DNA of 64,000 bases from Pseudomonadota bacterium (GTDB lineage Bacteria; Campylobacterota; Campylobacteria; Campylobacterales; Sulfurimonadaceae). The number at the start of each line of letters is the position of its first letter. The stretch's first letter is position 1. The position numbers and the translations under genes are program-made. Below the pieces are notes generated by a model. The model was not told where the DNA came from and did not search any database. It worked only from the letters and a program-made list of their open reading frames with translations. The stretch spans positions 32,001 to 96,000 of the forward strand of contig JAZDQA010000012.1 of the NCBI GenBank assembly GCA_043797085.1, given 5' to 3'. This document shows positions 48,746-58,910 of the stretch, in pieces.

Positions 48746-51214
48746 TTATAACCCCTCATTGAATTTAATATTACGCTTGACCACGTTCATCAGATACTCA
48801 GGAGAATACGGTTTAGTAATGTACTCGATCATCCCTGATTCCACGCCGCGCATACGATCGGCTTTACCTGCTCGTGAGGTTACCGCAATAAGAGGAAGGT
48901 TTTTATACTTATTGTACTTTTTAATCTCAGAAGCAAGCGTGTAGCCATCCATACGCGGCATCTCAATATCAATCAGCATTGCATCAAAATAATGGTCACC
49001 CTGCTTCAAAATATTCAACGCTTCGACGCCGTCAACAGCTTCGACAAGTGTCACTCCAAGCGGTTCAAGTGATTTACGCATAATAGTACGATCGGTTTTT
49101 GAATCATCTACAATCATGACACAATAATCGCTTGCAGAGTTTTTGACACCTATTTTTTTCGACTCTCCACTCTCGCTTCCGATGGTGGATTTGACCGATT
49201 TCGCCATCTGCATAAGCGCGGCGACATCGACAATCAACGTTACTCCGCCATCACCTCGAATGGTTGCCCCGGCTATTCCTTCGATTCCTTTTAGATACTC
49301 ACCCAAAGATTTGATAACAATCTCTTCTTGCCCGATGAGCGTATCAACGATAAGACCGATTTTACTCTCTGCAAGTCCTAGTACCACGACATATGCGTGC
49401 TCACTGCTATCGAATACACGCTCTACTTCAAAAATATCTCCGATGTGGACCAAAGAAAGAACTTCATCACGAAGACGCATAACCGAACGGTTTTCTACGG
49501 TATAAATTTCATCTTTACTGATACGAACGGTCTCAAGTACGGATGCCAACGGAATAGCATAATACTCTTCTTGGACTCCGACCAATAACGCTTGAATAAT
49601 CGCAAGGGTCAATGGGATTTTGAGTTTCATCGACGTTCCGCGACCCACTTCAGAATCAATATCAATCATACCGTTGAGTTTTTCGATATTGGTTTTTACC
49701 ACGTCCATACCCACACCGCGTCCTGAAACACTCGTTACTTGGGCAGCGGTTGAAAAACCTGGACGGAAAATAAGACCAAAAGCTTCTTTTTCGCTCATGG
49801 CATCCGCTTCTTTTTCGGTAATAATCCCTTTTTCTATTGACTTTTGCTTGAGCATCTCCGCATCAAGACCTTTTCCGTCATCGATAATCTGGATAACGAT
49901 ATGATTGCCCTCATGATACGCTTTGAGCTGTATTGTTCCTACTTCAGATTTACCCGAAGCCATACGAACATCCCCTACTTCTATCCCATGATCGCATGAA
50001 TTTCGGATGATGTGTACCAACGGATCACCGATTTCTTCAACAATGGATTTATCAAGTTCTGTATCTTCTCCTGCGATTTCCAGTTCAATCTTTTTGTTGA
50101 GCTCACGTGACAAGTCACGAATCATACGAGGGAATTTATTGAATACTTTTCCGATTGGAAGCATTCTGGTTTTCATAACGGCTATTTGCAAATCGGTTGT
50201 GACAAGAGAGACGATGGATACAACTTGGTTAAGCTCCTCTAAAAAGGCTTCTCCTTCATAACGTTCTTCTACGTCATCATTGATTTTAATCAACCGATTT
50301 TTACCCAGTACGAGTTCTCCGATAAGATTCATGAGGTGATCAAGACGTTTGACATCGACACGAATCGTTTGCTCAACTCCGCCGCCTTTAGAATCTCCTT
50401 CTTCTTTTACTTCGCTGCGTCTTGGTGCCGGTGTAGAGGGAGCAGCTTTGGCTACCGATGTTGCAGGAGTTGAGATAACAACAGGCGCACTTGATGCGAC
50501 CGCTTCTTGCTGCGCTGCATTTTGACTTTTCTGTGCACGTTTCGCGGCATCTTCAGATTGTTTTTCGAGCAGTAATCGCTCGATCTCAGCTTCTACTTCC
50601 GCATCGCTCATATTCGCATAATCAGGCTCAGCTACTTCAGTACCGGCAATCGGAGCAGCAGCACGCTTGGCAATAGCTTCCGCTTGCTTTTGCGCTAAAA
50701 GCCGCTCTATCTCTGCTTCGACTTCGGCATCGCTCATCGTAGAATAATCTATTTCTTCTTCAACAATTTTTACGGCAACAGGCTCTTGAATAACTGAGAT
50801 TGCTATTTCGATCGGCGCAGGTTCAGACTCACCGTTTGCCACAACATTCAATCTCGCAACAGACTCTGAAACATCCAGTCCGGAATCTTGCCCGTGGTCG
50901 CGGATACGAACTAAAAGAGCTTTCATCAAATCAATGGATTCAAGAATAACGTCCATAACATTGGCATCAATAACAAGATCGCCGTGTCGTGCCATGTTCA
51001 GCAAATTTTCCATGTGATGCGTTAAATGAGTTAATACATCGAAATTCAGGAATGAACTTGCACCTTTGATCGTATGCGCTACGCGGAAAATACGATTAAG
51101 TAGCTCCAAATCATCCGGACGCGTTTCCAATTCTACTAAATCTTGGTCAAGCTGTTCAATCAGCTCGAATGCCTCAATTAAAAAATCTTGTAATATCTCT
51201 TCAAATTCATCCAT
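48746..51214 (-). CDS. cheA: Chemotaxis histidine kinase CheA with C-terminal receiver domain
   Basis: HPT AHTIKG, TIRVDVKRLD, HIIRNSCDHG, SGRGVGMDVV, CheW domain, REC. Confidence 0.97.
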   Translation of the reverse strand: MDEFEEILQDFLIEAFELIEQLDQDLVELETRPDDLELLNRIFRVAHTIKGASSFLNFDVLTHLTHHMENLLNMARHGDLVIDANVMDVILESIDLMKALLVRIRDHGQDSGLDVSESVARLNVVANGESEPAPIEIAISVIQEPVAVKIVEEEIDYSTMSDAEVEAEIERLLAQKQAEAIAKRAAAPIAGTEVAEPDYANMSDAEVEAEIERLLLEKQSEDAAKRAQKSQNAAQQEAVASSAPVVISTPATSVAKAAPSTPAPRRSEVKEEGDSKGGGVEQTIRVDVKRLDHLMNLIGELVLGKNRLIKINDDVEERYEGEAFLEELNQVVSIVSLVTTDLQIAVMKTRMLPIGKVFNKFPRMIRDLSRELNKKIELEIAGEDTELDKSIVEEIGDPLVHIIRNSCDHGIEVGDVRMASGKSEVGTIQLKAYHEGNHIVIQIIDDGKGLDAEMLKQKSIEKGIITEKEADAMSEKEAFGLIFRPGFSTAAQVTSVSGRGVGMDVVKTNIEKLNGMIDIDSEVGRGTSMKLKIPLTLAIIQALLVGVQEEYYAIPLASVLETVRISKDEIYTVENRSVMRLRDEVLSLVHIGDIFEVERVFDSSEHAYVVVLGLAESKIGLIVDTLIGQEEIVIKSLGEYLKGIEGIAGATIRGDGGVTLIVDVAALMQMAKSVKSTIGSESGESKKIGVKNSASDYCVMIVDDSKTDRTIMRKSLEPLGVTLVEAVDGVEALNILKQGDHYFDAMLIDIEMPRMDGYTLASEIKKYNKYKNLPLIAVTSRAGKADRMRGVESGMIEYITKPYSPEYLMNVVKRNIKFNEGL

Positions 51215-52160
51215 GTTTTACCCCTAAAATATCTGCCTGCACGACACGCGCAACTTCATCATAAAATATATTTGCGTCAAATTTGACCAAATAGGCCTCA
51301 GCACCTGCTTCTTTACCCCTCATTTCACTAAAATGATCACTGATTGAGGAGTTGAACACAATAGGGATCATCTTAAATCGTGGATCCTCTTTTACTCTTG
51401 CGGCAAAATGAAAGCCATCCATACGCGGCATCTCAATATCGGAGGCAATAAGACGCAATTGTGACGAAAGAGTATCGCCATACGCTTCATAAAGATCTTC
51501 CAAAATTTTCAACCCCTGTTCACCGTCACTTCCCTCAATAACATTAAAGCCCATTTTTTCTAACGCGTCTTTGATAATATGGCGGGCCGTTGAGCTGTCA
51601 TCTAAAAGCAAAACATAACCGTCAAAATTACTATTATGCTCATTCATTGTTGCATGGCTGGGCTGATACAATCCAAGCTGTTGGACAACACTCTCCAAGT
51701 CCAAAATCAACAGTACATTATCATCTTCAATGCGGGTTACACCCGTTATTTTTGATCCATCCGTACTATTATCCAAAAAGGAGGCAGGCTCTATGTCCTT
51801 CCAGTTGATCCGTCGAATACGTTTTGCTTCATGCACTACGAAGCCGATAAGAATATTATTAAACTCCGTAATAATGACGCGAGCTTCCCGTTCCATCTCT
51901 TCAGGTGCATCAATCCCCATCCATTTAGCGAGATTGACAACGGGAATAACGACTCCTCGAAGATCAAATATTCCTTCTATAAATGGCGGTGTACCCGGTA
52001 ATTCTGTTAATATCGGAAGACGAATTATTTCACGAACTTTGGCAACGTTAATTCCATAAATTCCTTCATAGATTTCATCACCTTCACGCTTAAAAATTCT
52101 AAAATCGACCAATTCCATTTCATTGGTACCGACCTTCAGAATATCTTTGTGTCCCTTCAT
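51207..52160 (-). CDS. cheV: Chemotaxis protein CheV
   Basis: CheW domain (YGINVAKVREII) plus receiver (SDIEMPRMDG). Confidence 0.95.
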   Translation of the reverse strand: MKGHKDILKVGTNEMELVDFRIFKREGDEIYEGIYGINVAKVREIIRLPILTELPGTPPFIEGIFDLRGVVIPVVNLAKWMGIDAPEEMEREARVIITEFNNILIGFVVHEAKRIRRINWKDIEPASFLDNSTDGSKITGVTRIEDDNVLLILDLESVVQQLGLYQPSHATMNEHNSNFDGYVLLLDDSSTARHIIKDALEKMGFNVIEGSDGEQGLKILEDLYEAYGDTLSSQLRLIASDIEMPRMDGFHFAARVKEDPRFKMIPIVFNSSISDHFSEMRGKEAGAEAYLVKFDANIFYDEVARVVQADILGVKHG

Positions 52161-52906
52161 TCGGGCTCCTTGCTAAATAGTGCTTCATCTAAAATGAGTT
52201 GGTTCTGCGATGATTTTACAACATAATATCTTTCATTACAAGCAAAAGCACCCAAGTTGCAATAACGATACGTTTCAAAGTCAAATGATTTGTTTTGGTG
52301 ATAATGTCCTTCAATCACAATATCGCATTTATTAATCCATTTTTCCCCGCTATGCCGATGGGCAATTGTCTCAAAGTTTTCAATTTTTTTACAATGATTT
52401 TTACCTTGCATGTCTCGACTAAGCCACTTGATAATAATACCGCCAAAAATATTATTAATGAGATTAAGCCCATACAGAAGCGGCCGATTACGAATGAGTG
52501 CAGTATAGACTTCATACCCCCACGTAACTCCAAGATCACCGTGCAATAAAGCAATTTTTTGAGAACCGTACACCATCATAAAGGGCTGGTGATTACGCGG
52601 GACAATAATAATATTCGGAAATACGGGAGAAAGTCTAAAATCGTGATTCCCTTCTAAATAGAGTATTTCTATTTTTTTTGAAAGCGCGTTAAGAAGAGTA
52701 ATAAGCTCTTGATTTAAAAGAACGGTTTCACTGACAGGACCAAAAAGAAGGTCACAATTGTCTCCCATCAAAATAAGCTGTGTAGTTTTAACGGTCTCAT
52801 TTTCTACTGCACGTAAAAAATCAATAAAAGGGATTCTCCACGGTGCATAATGAGAGTCAGCTACAAAAATAGCCCCCTCGTGAAGTTTTTTAAGGGACAT
52901 ACGCAA
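52157..52906 (-). CDS. lpxH: UDP-2,3-diacylglucosamine hydrolase-like metallophosphoesterase
   Basis: ADSH, MGD, EGNHD, HGD, GHYH motifs. Confidence 0.8.
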   Translation of the reverse strand: MRMSLKKLHEGAIFVADSHYAPWRIPFIDFLRAVENETVKTTQLILMGDNCDLLFGPVSETVLLNQELITLLNALSKKIEILYLEGNHDFRLSPVFPNIIIVPRNHQPFMMVYGSQKIALLHGDLGVTWGYEVYTALIRNRPLLYGLNLINNIFGGIIIKWLSRDMQGKNHCKKIENFETIAHRHSGEKWINKCDIVIEGHYHQNKSFDFETYRYCNLGAFACNERYYVVKSSQNQLILDEALFSKEPE

Positions 52907-53903
52907 TCACAGGAATTCCAAGCGATTCATCCAGTCCCATCATAATGTTGGCGTTAACGAGAGCTTGTGAACTGGCTCCGCGCATGAGGTTATCGATTGC
53001 ACACATTGCTACGAGTGCATTGCCATTACGGGTGGCATACACATCCGCGAAATTCGTTCCTGCTGTCATTTTCGTGTGAGGCGGAGCAGTGCGAACGCGG
53101 ACAAAAGGCTGCCCTTCATAAAACTTTTCCATGCACTCATTGGTTTGAACGTCCGATTTTAACGTAGCATAGACACACGCCAACATTCCGCGAGTCATGG
53201 GGACGAGAGAGGGTATAAAAGTCACTTTGACATCACTGCCGCACAGGAGGCTCGCATGTTGTTCTATCTCAATGGCATGACGGTGTTTTATGATATTGTA
53301 GCAGTTGATATTATCATTGACGCTCACATAATGAACACCTGACGTAGGTGATTTACCTGCACCCGAAACACCGGTTTTAGAATCAATAAAAATAGGTTGT
53401 GTCGTATCAATGTGATTTAAAAAAGGTGCCAGTGCCATCAAGGTTGCGGTCACATGACATCCCGGATTGGCAACCAAGCGAGACCCTTGCGCGATACGCC
53501 CATGAAGCTCCGGAATGGAGTAGATCGCGTGTTCAAGGTTTTCAATATCTTCATGCTCACAATAAAATGCTTCGTAATTTTCACGATTTAAACGATAATC
53601 AGCAGAAAGATCGACGATTTTTACACCACGATCCAATAAACCTTTGGCGGTATTCATCGCGGTTTTATGGGGAAGAGCTAAAAATATAAGTTCACACATC
53701 TGCGCTGCGCGATCTAAATCAACCTTCTCAACACCCAAATCACACACACCAAAAAGGGCAGGATGAAGATCACTCAAGCTTGTTTCACCCTCCGTATTTG
53801 CACAATACACCAGGCTAAACAATGGATGGTTAAGGAGCATTTTAACGAGCTCTAAGCCTGTATAGCCACTGACCCCGATAATACCGACGTTAATGCGTTT
53901 CAA
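52890..53903 (-). CDS. argC: N-acetyl-gamma-glutamyl-phosphate reductase
   Basis: GVSGYTG, LALPH, DLSADYR, NPGC, GVSGAG, HRH, IDNLMRGA. Confidence 0.95.
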   Translation of the reverse strand: MKRINVGIIGVSGYTGLELVKMLLNHPLFSLVYCANTEGETSLSDLHPALFGVCDLGVEKVDLDRAAQMCELIFLALPHKTAMNTAKGLLDRGVKIVDLSADYRLNRENYEAFYCEHEDIENLEHAIYSIPELHGRIAQGSRLVANPGCHVTATLMALAPFLNHIDTTQPIFIDSKTGVSGAGKSPTSGVHYVSVNDNINCYNIIKHRHAIEIEQHASLLCGSDVKVTFIPSLVPMTRGMLACVYATLKSDVQTNECMEKFYEGQPFVRVRTAPPHTKMTAGTNFADVYATRNGNALVAMCAIDNLMRGASSQALVNANIMMGLDESLGIPVIAYVP

Positions 53904-54387
53904 ATACGATCTCCTGATATTTAACCTCTAAGACCTCGAATTTTTTGACACCGCCGGGGAGTTTTGCATTAATATCATCACCCTCTTCACGTCCCAAAAG
54001 CTGTTTGGCCAATGGAGAATTAAACGATATAAGTCCGTTTGAAGGATTGCTCTCGCATCCGCCTACTATGGTATAGGTCACCTCTTCGTCGGTATCAAGA
54101 TCACACAACACCACCGTCGAGCCAAAACTCACGCGGGCATGCTCCAACTCGCTTGGATCAACAATCTGAGCGATAGAGATAACAGCACCCAGTTCTGCAA
54201 TACGAGTACCGATAAACGCCTGTTTTTCACGCGCTGCATGGTATTCAGAATTTTCTTTTAGATCTCCATACTCTTTGGCACGGTCAATCTCTGCATTCAC
54301 TTCAGGCAGGTCGATGTTTTTGAGGGTATTTAGCTCATCGGATAATCGCTGAAATCCGTATTTTGTCATAGGCTCTTTTTGTTGCAC
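53890..54387 (-). CDS. greA: Transcription elongation factor GreA
   Basis: GDLKENSEYHAAREKQ, ISFNSPLAKQLLG; GTG start at 54387 after GGAG. Confidence 0.96.
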   Translation of the reverse strand: MQQKEPMTKYGFQRLSDELNTLKNIDLPEVNAEIDRAKEYGDLKENSEYHAAREKQAFIGTRIAELGAVISIAQIVDPSELEHARVSFGSTVVLCDLDTDEEVTYTIVGGCESNPSNGLISFNSPLAKQLLGREEGDDINAKLPGGVKKFEVLEVKYQEIVFETH

Positions 54388-54435
54388 TGTTTTCTCCAGA
54401 AAATTAATACTTTTATGCATTATAGCGCGGAGAAA

Positions 54436-55083
54436 CTAAAGCTTTGTAATTCGACGTAACGCCAACGAGCACATTGACAATCCAAACGCACCCGTTACGG
54501 CAACAAAACTCCCTTTTTCTTTGATACGAGGGAGTTCACTGCTGCAAATACAGCTAAAATCACCATTAAACTTTCGTTTACGCAACTCGTTTCGGAGTTT
54601 GGAAGCAAAAGGGTCACCTTCGGTTTTCCAGATGGAGCGCACTTCGATTTTGGTGGGATCTAGCCGTTTGGCGGAGCCTACGGAACAAATGAGTTTTAGG
54701 TGGCATTTTTGAATAAGAGCAATTTTTGCCCACATATCATCGATAGCATCGAGAATCAGATCGTAAGGTTCAAAATCATAGGTTTCGACCCAGTCAGGAG
54801 TAATTTTTTGTGCCAACGCAATCACTTCGGGATAATGACTCTTTAACGCATCGACTTTTAGTTCTCCTTCGTGCATCTCTGAGTGCATCTGACGGTTTTG
54901 GTTGCTCGCATCGTAGCGGTCAAAATCGATAATAGTGATGTCGCGCACCCCTGAACGATAAAGACAATCCAGACAAAAACTTCCTACCCCGCCCACTCCC
55001 AAAAGAAGGATTTTGGCATTTTGAAGTTTTTCATACGTCTCTTCACCAAAAACGAGTTTGGTTCGGGCGTTTCTCACAGCCAC
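54436..55083 (-). CDS. tcdA: tRNA threonylcarbamoyladenosine dehydratase (ThiF family)
   Basis: GVGGVGS, SNQNRQ, DAID, RLDPTKI, DPFASKLR. Confidence 0.8.
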   Translation of the reverse strand: MAVRNARTKLVFGEETYEKLQNAKILLLGVGGVGSFCLDCLYRSGVRDITIIDFDRYDASNQNRQMHSEMHEGELKVDALKSHYPEVIALAQKITPDWVETYDFEPYDLILDAIDDMWAKIALIQKCHLKLICSVGSAKRLDPTKIEVRSIWKTEGDPFASKLRNELRKRKFNGDFSCICSSELPRIKEKGSFVAVTGAFGLSMCSLALRRITKL

Positions 55084-55841
55084 TCTCGTAATGTTTTCAT
55101 CGATTTGTACGCGGTTAAATCCAATTTGATCGGGCTTACTGAGACCATCTTGTTCTCAATCGCTTCAAAATCACAGTGCCCTTCACGATTAGAGCGTGCT
55201 TTGTATTCGAGAGGATGCAGTCCTAACCAGTAATACTCAAGACCTCTGGGATTACGGTGCAAATGGGCATCGTTAGCATAATATCTATATCCCGCATAGG
55301 TTGGACAAAATTTCAATTCTTTCACATCCCATGGGATATTAACGTTTAAAAACTCTCGTTCTTTGAGAGGAAATTCGCCTGCAAAAATCTTTTCAACCAA
55401 CGCTCGAATAGCCATTTTAGCCAACTCAAAATCCCCTACGGGTTGGGTAAAATCCATGACTTGAGAGATTGCAATAGAGGGAATACCCTGCAAAACTCCT
55501 TCCATCGCTGCCGCCGCTGTCCCTGAATAGGTGATGTCTTCCCCCATGTTTGAGCCTTTGTTGATTCCGCTAATCACAAGATCGGGCTTTTTGACCTCAA
55601 ACAGTGAATTTAGAGCCAAATAAATACAATCGCTTGGCGTTCCGTCGTCAAGTTTGTAGAAATCATCCCCAACACTGATGAAAGAAAGCGGTCGCGTAAG
55701 AGTAAGAGAGTGCCCGCATGCCGATTTTTCCGTTGAAGGAGCAACGATCGTTATATGCCCAAAATCTTTTAATGCATCGATAAGCGCCAACAATCCTTCA
55801 GATTCGTATCCGTCGTCGTTTGTTATTAATATTTCTTTCAC
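55074..55841 (-). CDS. surE: 5'/3'-nucleotidase SurE
   Basis: ILITNDDG, GTPSDC, SGINKGSNMG, YSGT. Confidence 0.96.
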   Translation of the reverse strand: MKEILITNDDGYESEGLLALIDALKDFGHITIVAPSTEKSACGHSLTLTRPLSFISVGDDFYKLDDGTPSDCIYLALNSLFEVKKPDLVISGINKGSNMGEDITYSGTAAAAMEGVLQGIPSIAISQVMDFTQPVGDFELAKMAIRALVEKIFAGEFPLKEREFLNVNIPWDVKELKFCPTYAGYRYYANDAHLHRNPRGLEYYWLGLHPLEYKARSNREGHCDFEAIENKMVSVSPIKLDLTAYKSMKTLREWL

Positions 55842-55844
55842 TAT

Positions 55845-57134
55845 TTATTTCCTTTTTGGTTTTATGGGGACAAAAATAAAACAGTTTAAATTTTTGCGTC
55901 GCTCGTATGCCAACACATAGGCATGTTCTCTCAAAATCGCATCAACGATATAAAGTCCTAAGCCAAAACTGTCTTTGGTTGGCTGTTCTTTGGTAAAGGG
56001 TTCGATGTAGTGGGCAAGAGGTTTTTTAAGCGGCTCACCGAGATTGGCAAAAATTATTTCATCATTTTCCATAAAAATCGACATTTTTTTCTCAGGAGAA
56101 TATTTAATGGCATTATCTATAAGATTTTTCACAGCCGTCACAAATAACCGATAATCAACCACCATTTTTACTGAAGCATCAATATTGGAATCTACCGAAT
56201 CGTATTCTACCATTGCACTGTCAATCGCACCATCGATGATGTCGATCAGGCGGTACTCTTTTTTCTCTAAATGCTGAGAGCCGGAGCTGATCTCTTCGAT
56301 AAGAGCAAACTCCCCGATCAGCCCCTCAAGTCTCTCAAAAATACTGACAAATCGTCCCCGCTGTTTTTCATCCTCAATCATCGTGGTAACAATACGACCT
56401 TTGGCAATCGGTGTTTTTAGCTCATGCATAATATTGCGTAAAAAAAGTGTTCGGGATTCGATAAGAGAGCGGATTTTGCTTTGTGCTGTTTCGAGCTCGT
56501 TTGCGATCAATGCAATCTCATCTTCACCGTTTGCATGAAATCGTACCCCCATATCTCCCTCTCCAAAACGGGCAATTTGTCGACGTAAACGTCGAAGCGG
56601 TGCAATACGAATAATAATCAATCCAAAAGAAAAAAGTAAAATCACTAAAATGGTTCCATACGCATACAATAAATACGACGGACTGTACCCCTGCACTTTG
56701 CTGTCTTCCAAAAGAATCGAATAGTGATCGGATTGAATCCAAAAATATATTTTTCCTTCGTATTCAAGCATTTTTGCATGCATCTGTGTTACGATCAAAT
56801 CATTATACGGAGCATCAAAAGAGATGGATTGCGATATTTCATTCCCTTGGGTTTTCAGTACCGTTGAGTTTTGCGTAATTTTTTCATACTCACTATCATA
56901 AACAACATACAAATCATAGACTGCAAGATTGGCTTCTAAAATAGGTACTGAAATCTGTTTGAGTAAATAGCTGCTGTAAATTTGAGAGATAAGCGAATAT
57001 TTGTTAAAGAGATTATCAATATGCTTAGCTCGGTTGGTTTTGTAAAGCTGATAGAAAGTGGTACTAACACTCCCTACTGTAACGGCAAGAGCAAACAAAA
57101 CCGTTAGCAAGACGGCATTACGTCTAATAATCAT
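55845..57134 (-). CDS. Sensor histidine kinase (ArsS/RacS-like)
   Basis: Two TM segments, HAMP, LFLRNIMHELKTPIAKG, NLIDNAIKYS, GLGLYIV. Confidence 0.92.
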   Translation of the reverse strand: MIIRRNAVLLTVLFALAVTVGSVSTTFYQLYKTNRAKHIDNLFNKYSLISQIYSSYLLKQISVPILEANLAVYDLYVVYDSEYEKITQNSTVLKTQGNEISQSISFDAPYNDLIVTQMHAKMLEYEGKIYFWIQSDHYSILLEDSKVQGYSPSYLLYAYGTILVILLFSFGLIIIRIAPLRRLRRQIARFGEGDMGVRFHANGEDEIALIANELETAQSKIRSLIESRTLFLRNIMHELKTPIAKGRIVTTMIEDEKQRGRFVSIFERLEGLIGEFALIEEISSGSQHLEKKEYRLIDIIDGAIDSAMVEYDSVDSNIDASVKMVVDYRLFVTAVKNLIDNAIKYSPEKKMSIFMENDEIIFANLGEPLKKPLAHYIEPFTKEQPTKDSFGLGLYIVDAILREHAYVLAYERRKNLNCFIFVPIKPKRK

Positions 57135-57793
57135 TTTAGAAGTTTATACCCGATACCGCGAATCGATTCGATCAGAGCTTTATCTCCAAGTTTGTTACGG
57201 ATGCGTCCCATCATGACATCGATGCTTTTGTTCGAAGAGTCTTCATTGATGGCGCTTACATTGTGAATCAAATCTTCGCGTGACACCACCATTCCCTGCT
57301 TTTTAATCATGTGAGCGAGAATGCCATATTCTGCATTCGTAAAGTCCAAAGTTCTTCCCTTGTAACTGATCTGCATAGCAGATTCGTTGAGGTTAAAATC
57401 ACTCTCATTCTCTGCTGCTGCCTGAGATGCTGCATCGTAACGCCGCAATACTGAGTGTATACGCGCTTCGAGTTCTCGCGGGTCGTAGGGCTTGGGAAGA
57501 TAATCATCAGCTCCCAATTCCAACGCGTTAATCTTATCTGTCACATCCGAACGTGCTGATGAGATGATAATCGGGATATTTTGGCGTGCGCGAATCGCTT
57601 CACATACCTCCAAGCCATCCATACCAGGCAACGTCAAATCCAAAATTACCACATCAAACTTTTCAAGTTTGAGGATACTAAGTGCCTTAAACGGATCATC
57701 TTCCGTCGTTACATCGAAGTCAAATTGCTCTAAAAATTCAGTTAAAATCTCAGCGAGCTCGAGATCATCTTCTATCATTAATATTTTATTCAT
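57131..57793 (-). CDS. OmpR-family response regulator (ArsR/RacR-like)
   Basis: ILMIEDD, LDLTLPGMDG, DDYLPKP, SIDV..RIRNKL, RGIGYKL. Confidence 0.94.
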   Translation of the reverse strand: MNKILMIEDDLELAEILTEFLEQFDFDVTTEDDPFKALSILKLEKFDVVILDLTLPGMDGLEVCEAIRARQNIPIIISSARSDVTDKINALELGADDYLPKPYDPRELEARIHSVLRRYDAASQAAAENESDFNLNESAMQISYKGRTLDFTNAEYGILAHMIKKQGMVVSREDLIHNVSAINEDSSNKSIDVMMGRIRNKLGDKALIESIRGIGYKLLK

Positions 57794-57884
57794 ACCGTTA
57801 TTGTAACCCACGAACAGTTAATAGTTTCCTGACATAAGCGAAAATACGCTAGAATTTGTTTTATTACACAGAAAAAGGATACTG

Positions 57885-58307
57885 GTGAAATCACTTATTA
57901 TCATGATGGGATTTGTACTTTTTGCATGGGGTAGCGATTCTATAGCTTTTATCAAAAGCATTCAAGGCAATGCGACCGTAAAGCACGACAATATCTCTCA
58001 CGTCATTCAAAAAGGGGAGTATCTTTTTAGCGGGGACAGCATACAAACGGCTAAAAATTCAACCATAGGTATCTCATTTAACGACGGAACCCGTATTGCC
58101 GTAGGAGCCCAAACTCTTTTTATTATTGATGATTATCTCTTTGCGCCGTCTCAAAACGATTTCCGTTTTGATGTGACACTTCCAAAAGGAAGCATTGTTT
58201 TTGAATCCGGAAAAATCGGCAAGTTAGCCCCTGAAAAAGTGTCCATCAAAGCACCGCAAGGGATCATCGGAATTCGTGGTACAAAATTTATCGTGGAGGC
58301 TGAATAA
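57885..58307 (+). CDS. Exported FecR-domain protein
   Basis: Signal peptide, GDSIQT, FNDGT, APQGIIGIRGTKF. Confidence 0.85.
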   Translation: MKSLIIMMGFVLFAWGSDSIAFIKSIQGNATVKHDNISHVIQKGEYLFSGDSIQTAKNSTIGISFNDGTRIAVGAQTLFIIDDYLFAPSQNDFRFDVTLPKGSIVFESGKIGKLAPEKVSIKAPQGIIGIRGTKFIVEAE

Positions 58308-58309
58308 TC

Positions 58310-58906
58310 ATGGAACCGCTACTCATTTGGGCTGGAATCATTTTAGCCCTTCCTCTGCTCACCCACGAACCTAAAACGACCGTTATTTTACTGGACAACG
58401 AATCTTCCCACAATGCCGTTGTTGTCAAAACCGATGCAGGAAGTGTTGTTGTCGATCAGCCCTATACCTACACTACATTGGTGGCTCAAGACAAAAAGCC
58501 CTCTCTGGTTGAAAAAGCAAATCCAGAGGTAATAAATGAAAAATATGCCCAACAGCTCACGATTCTCCCGACAAAATCGATCTCTATGCTCTTTCATTTT
58601 GAAGATGGAACAGCCGATTTGACGGAGTCTTCTAAAAATCAAGTGGAAGAATTGATCCGGTTAATTTCGTCACGTGACCCTGCGGCGATTGATATTATCG
58701 GTCATTCGGACCGTGCCGGTGATGCTGATAAAAATTACCAACTTGCCTTGGAGCGAGCCCGAATGGTCGAAAAATATCTCGTGGAGCGCAATGTGACATT
58801 AGAGCGCAGTTCCGTCACCTCGTATGGAGAAAATGATCCTATAATCCCAACAGAAGATGGTGTATCCGAGCCTCAAAATCGTCGTGTCGAAGTGATTGTA
58901 CGCTGA
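58310..58906 (+). CDS. OmpA-C (peptidoglycan-binding) domain protein
   Basis: IIGHSDRAG, NYQLALERA, SYGENDP, NRRVEV. Confidence 0.9.
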   Translation: MEPLLIWAGIILALPLLTHEPKTTVILLDNESSHNAVVVKTDAGSVVVDQPYTYTTLVAQDKKPSLVEKANPEVINEKYAQQLTILPTKSISMLFHFEDGTADLTESSKNQVEELIRLISSRDPAAIDIIGHSDRAGDADKNYQLALERARMVEKYLVERNVTLERSSVTSYGENDPIIPTEDGVSEPQNRRVEVIVR

Positions 58907-58910
58907 TTTT

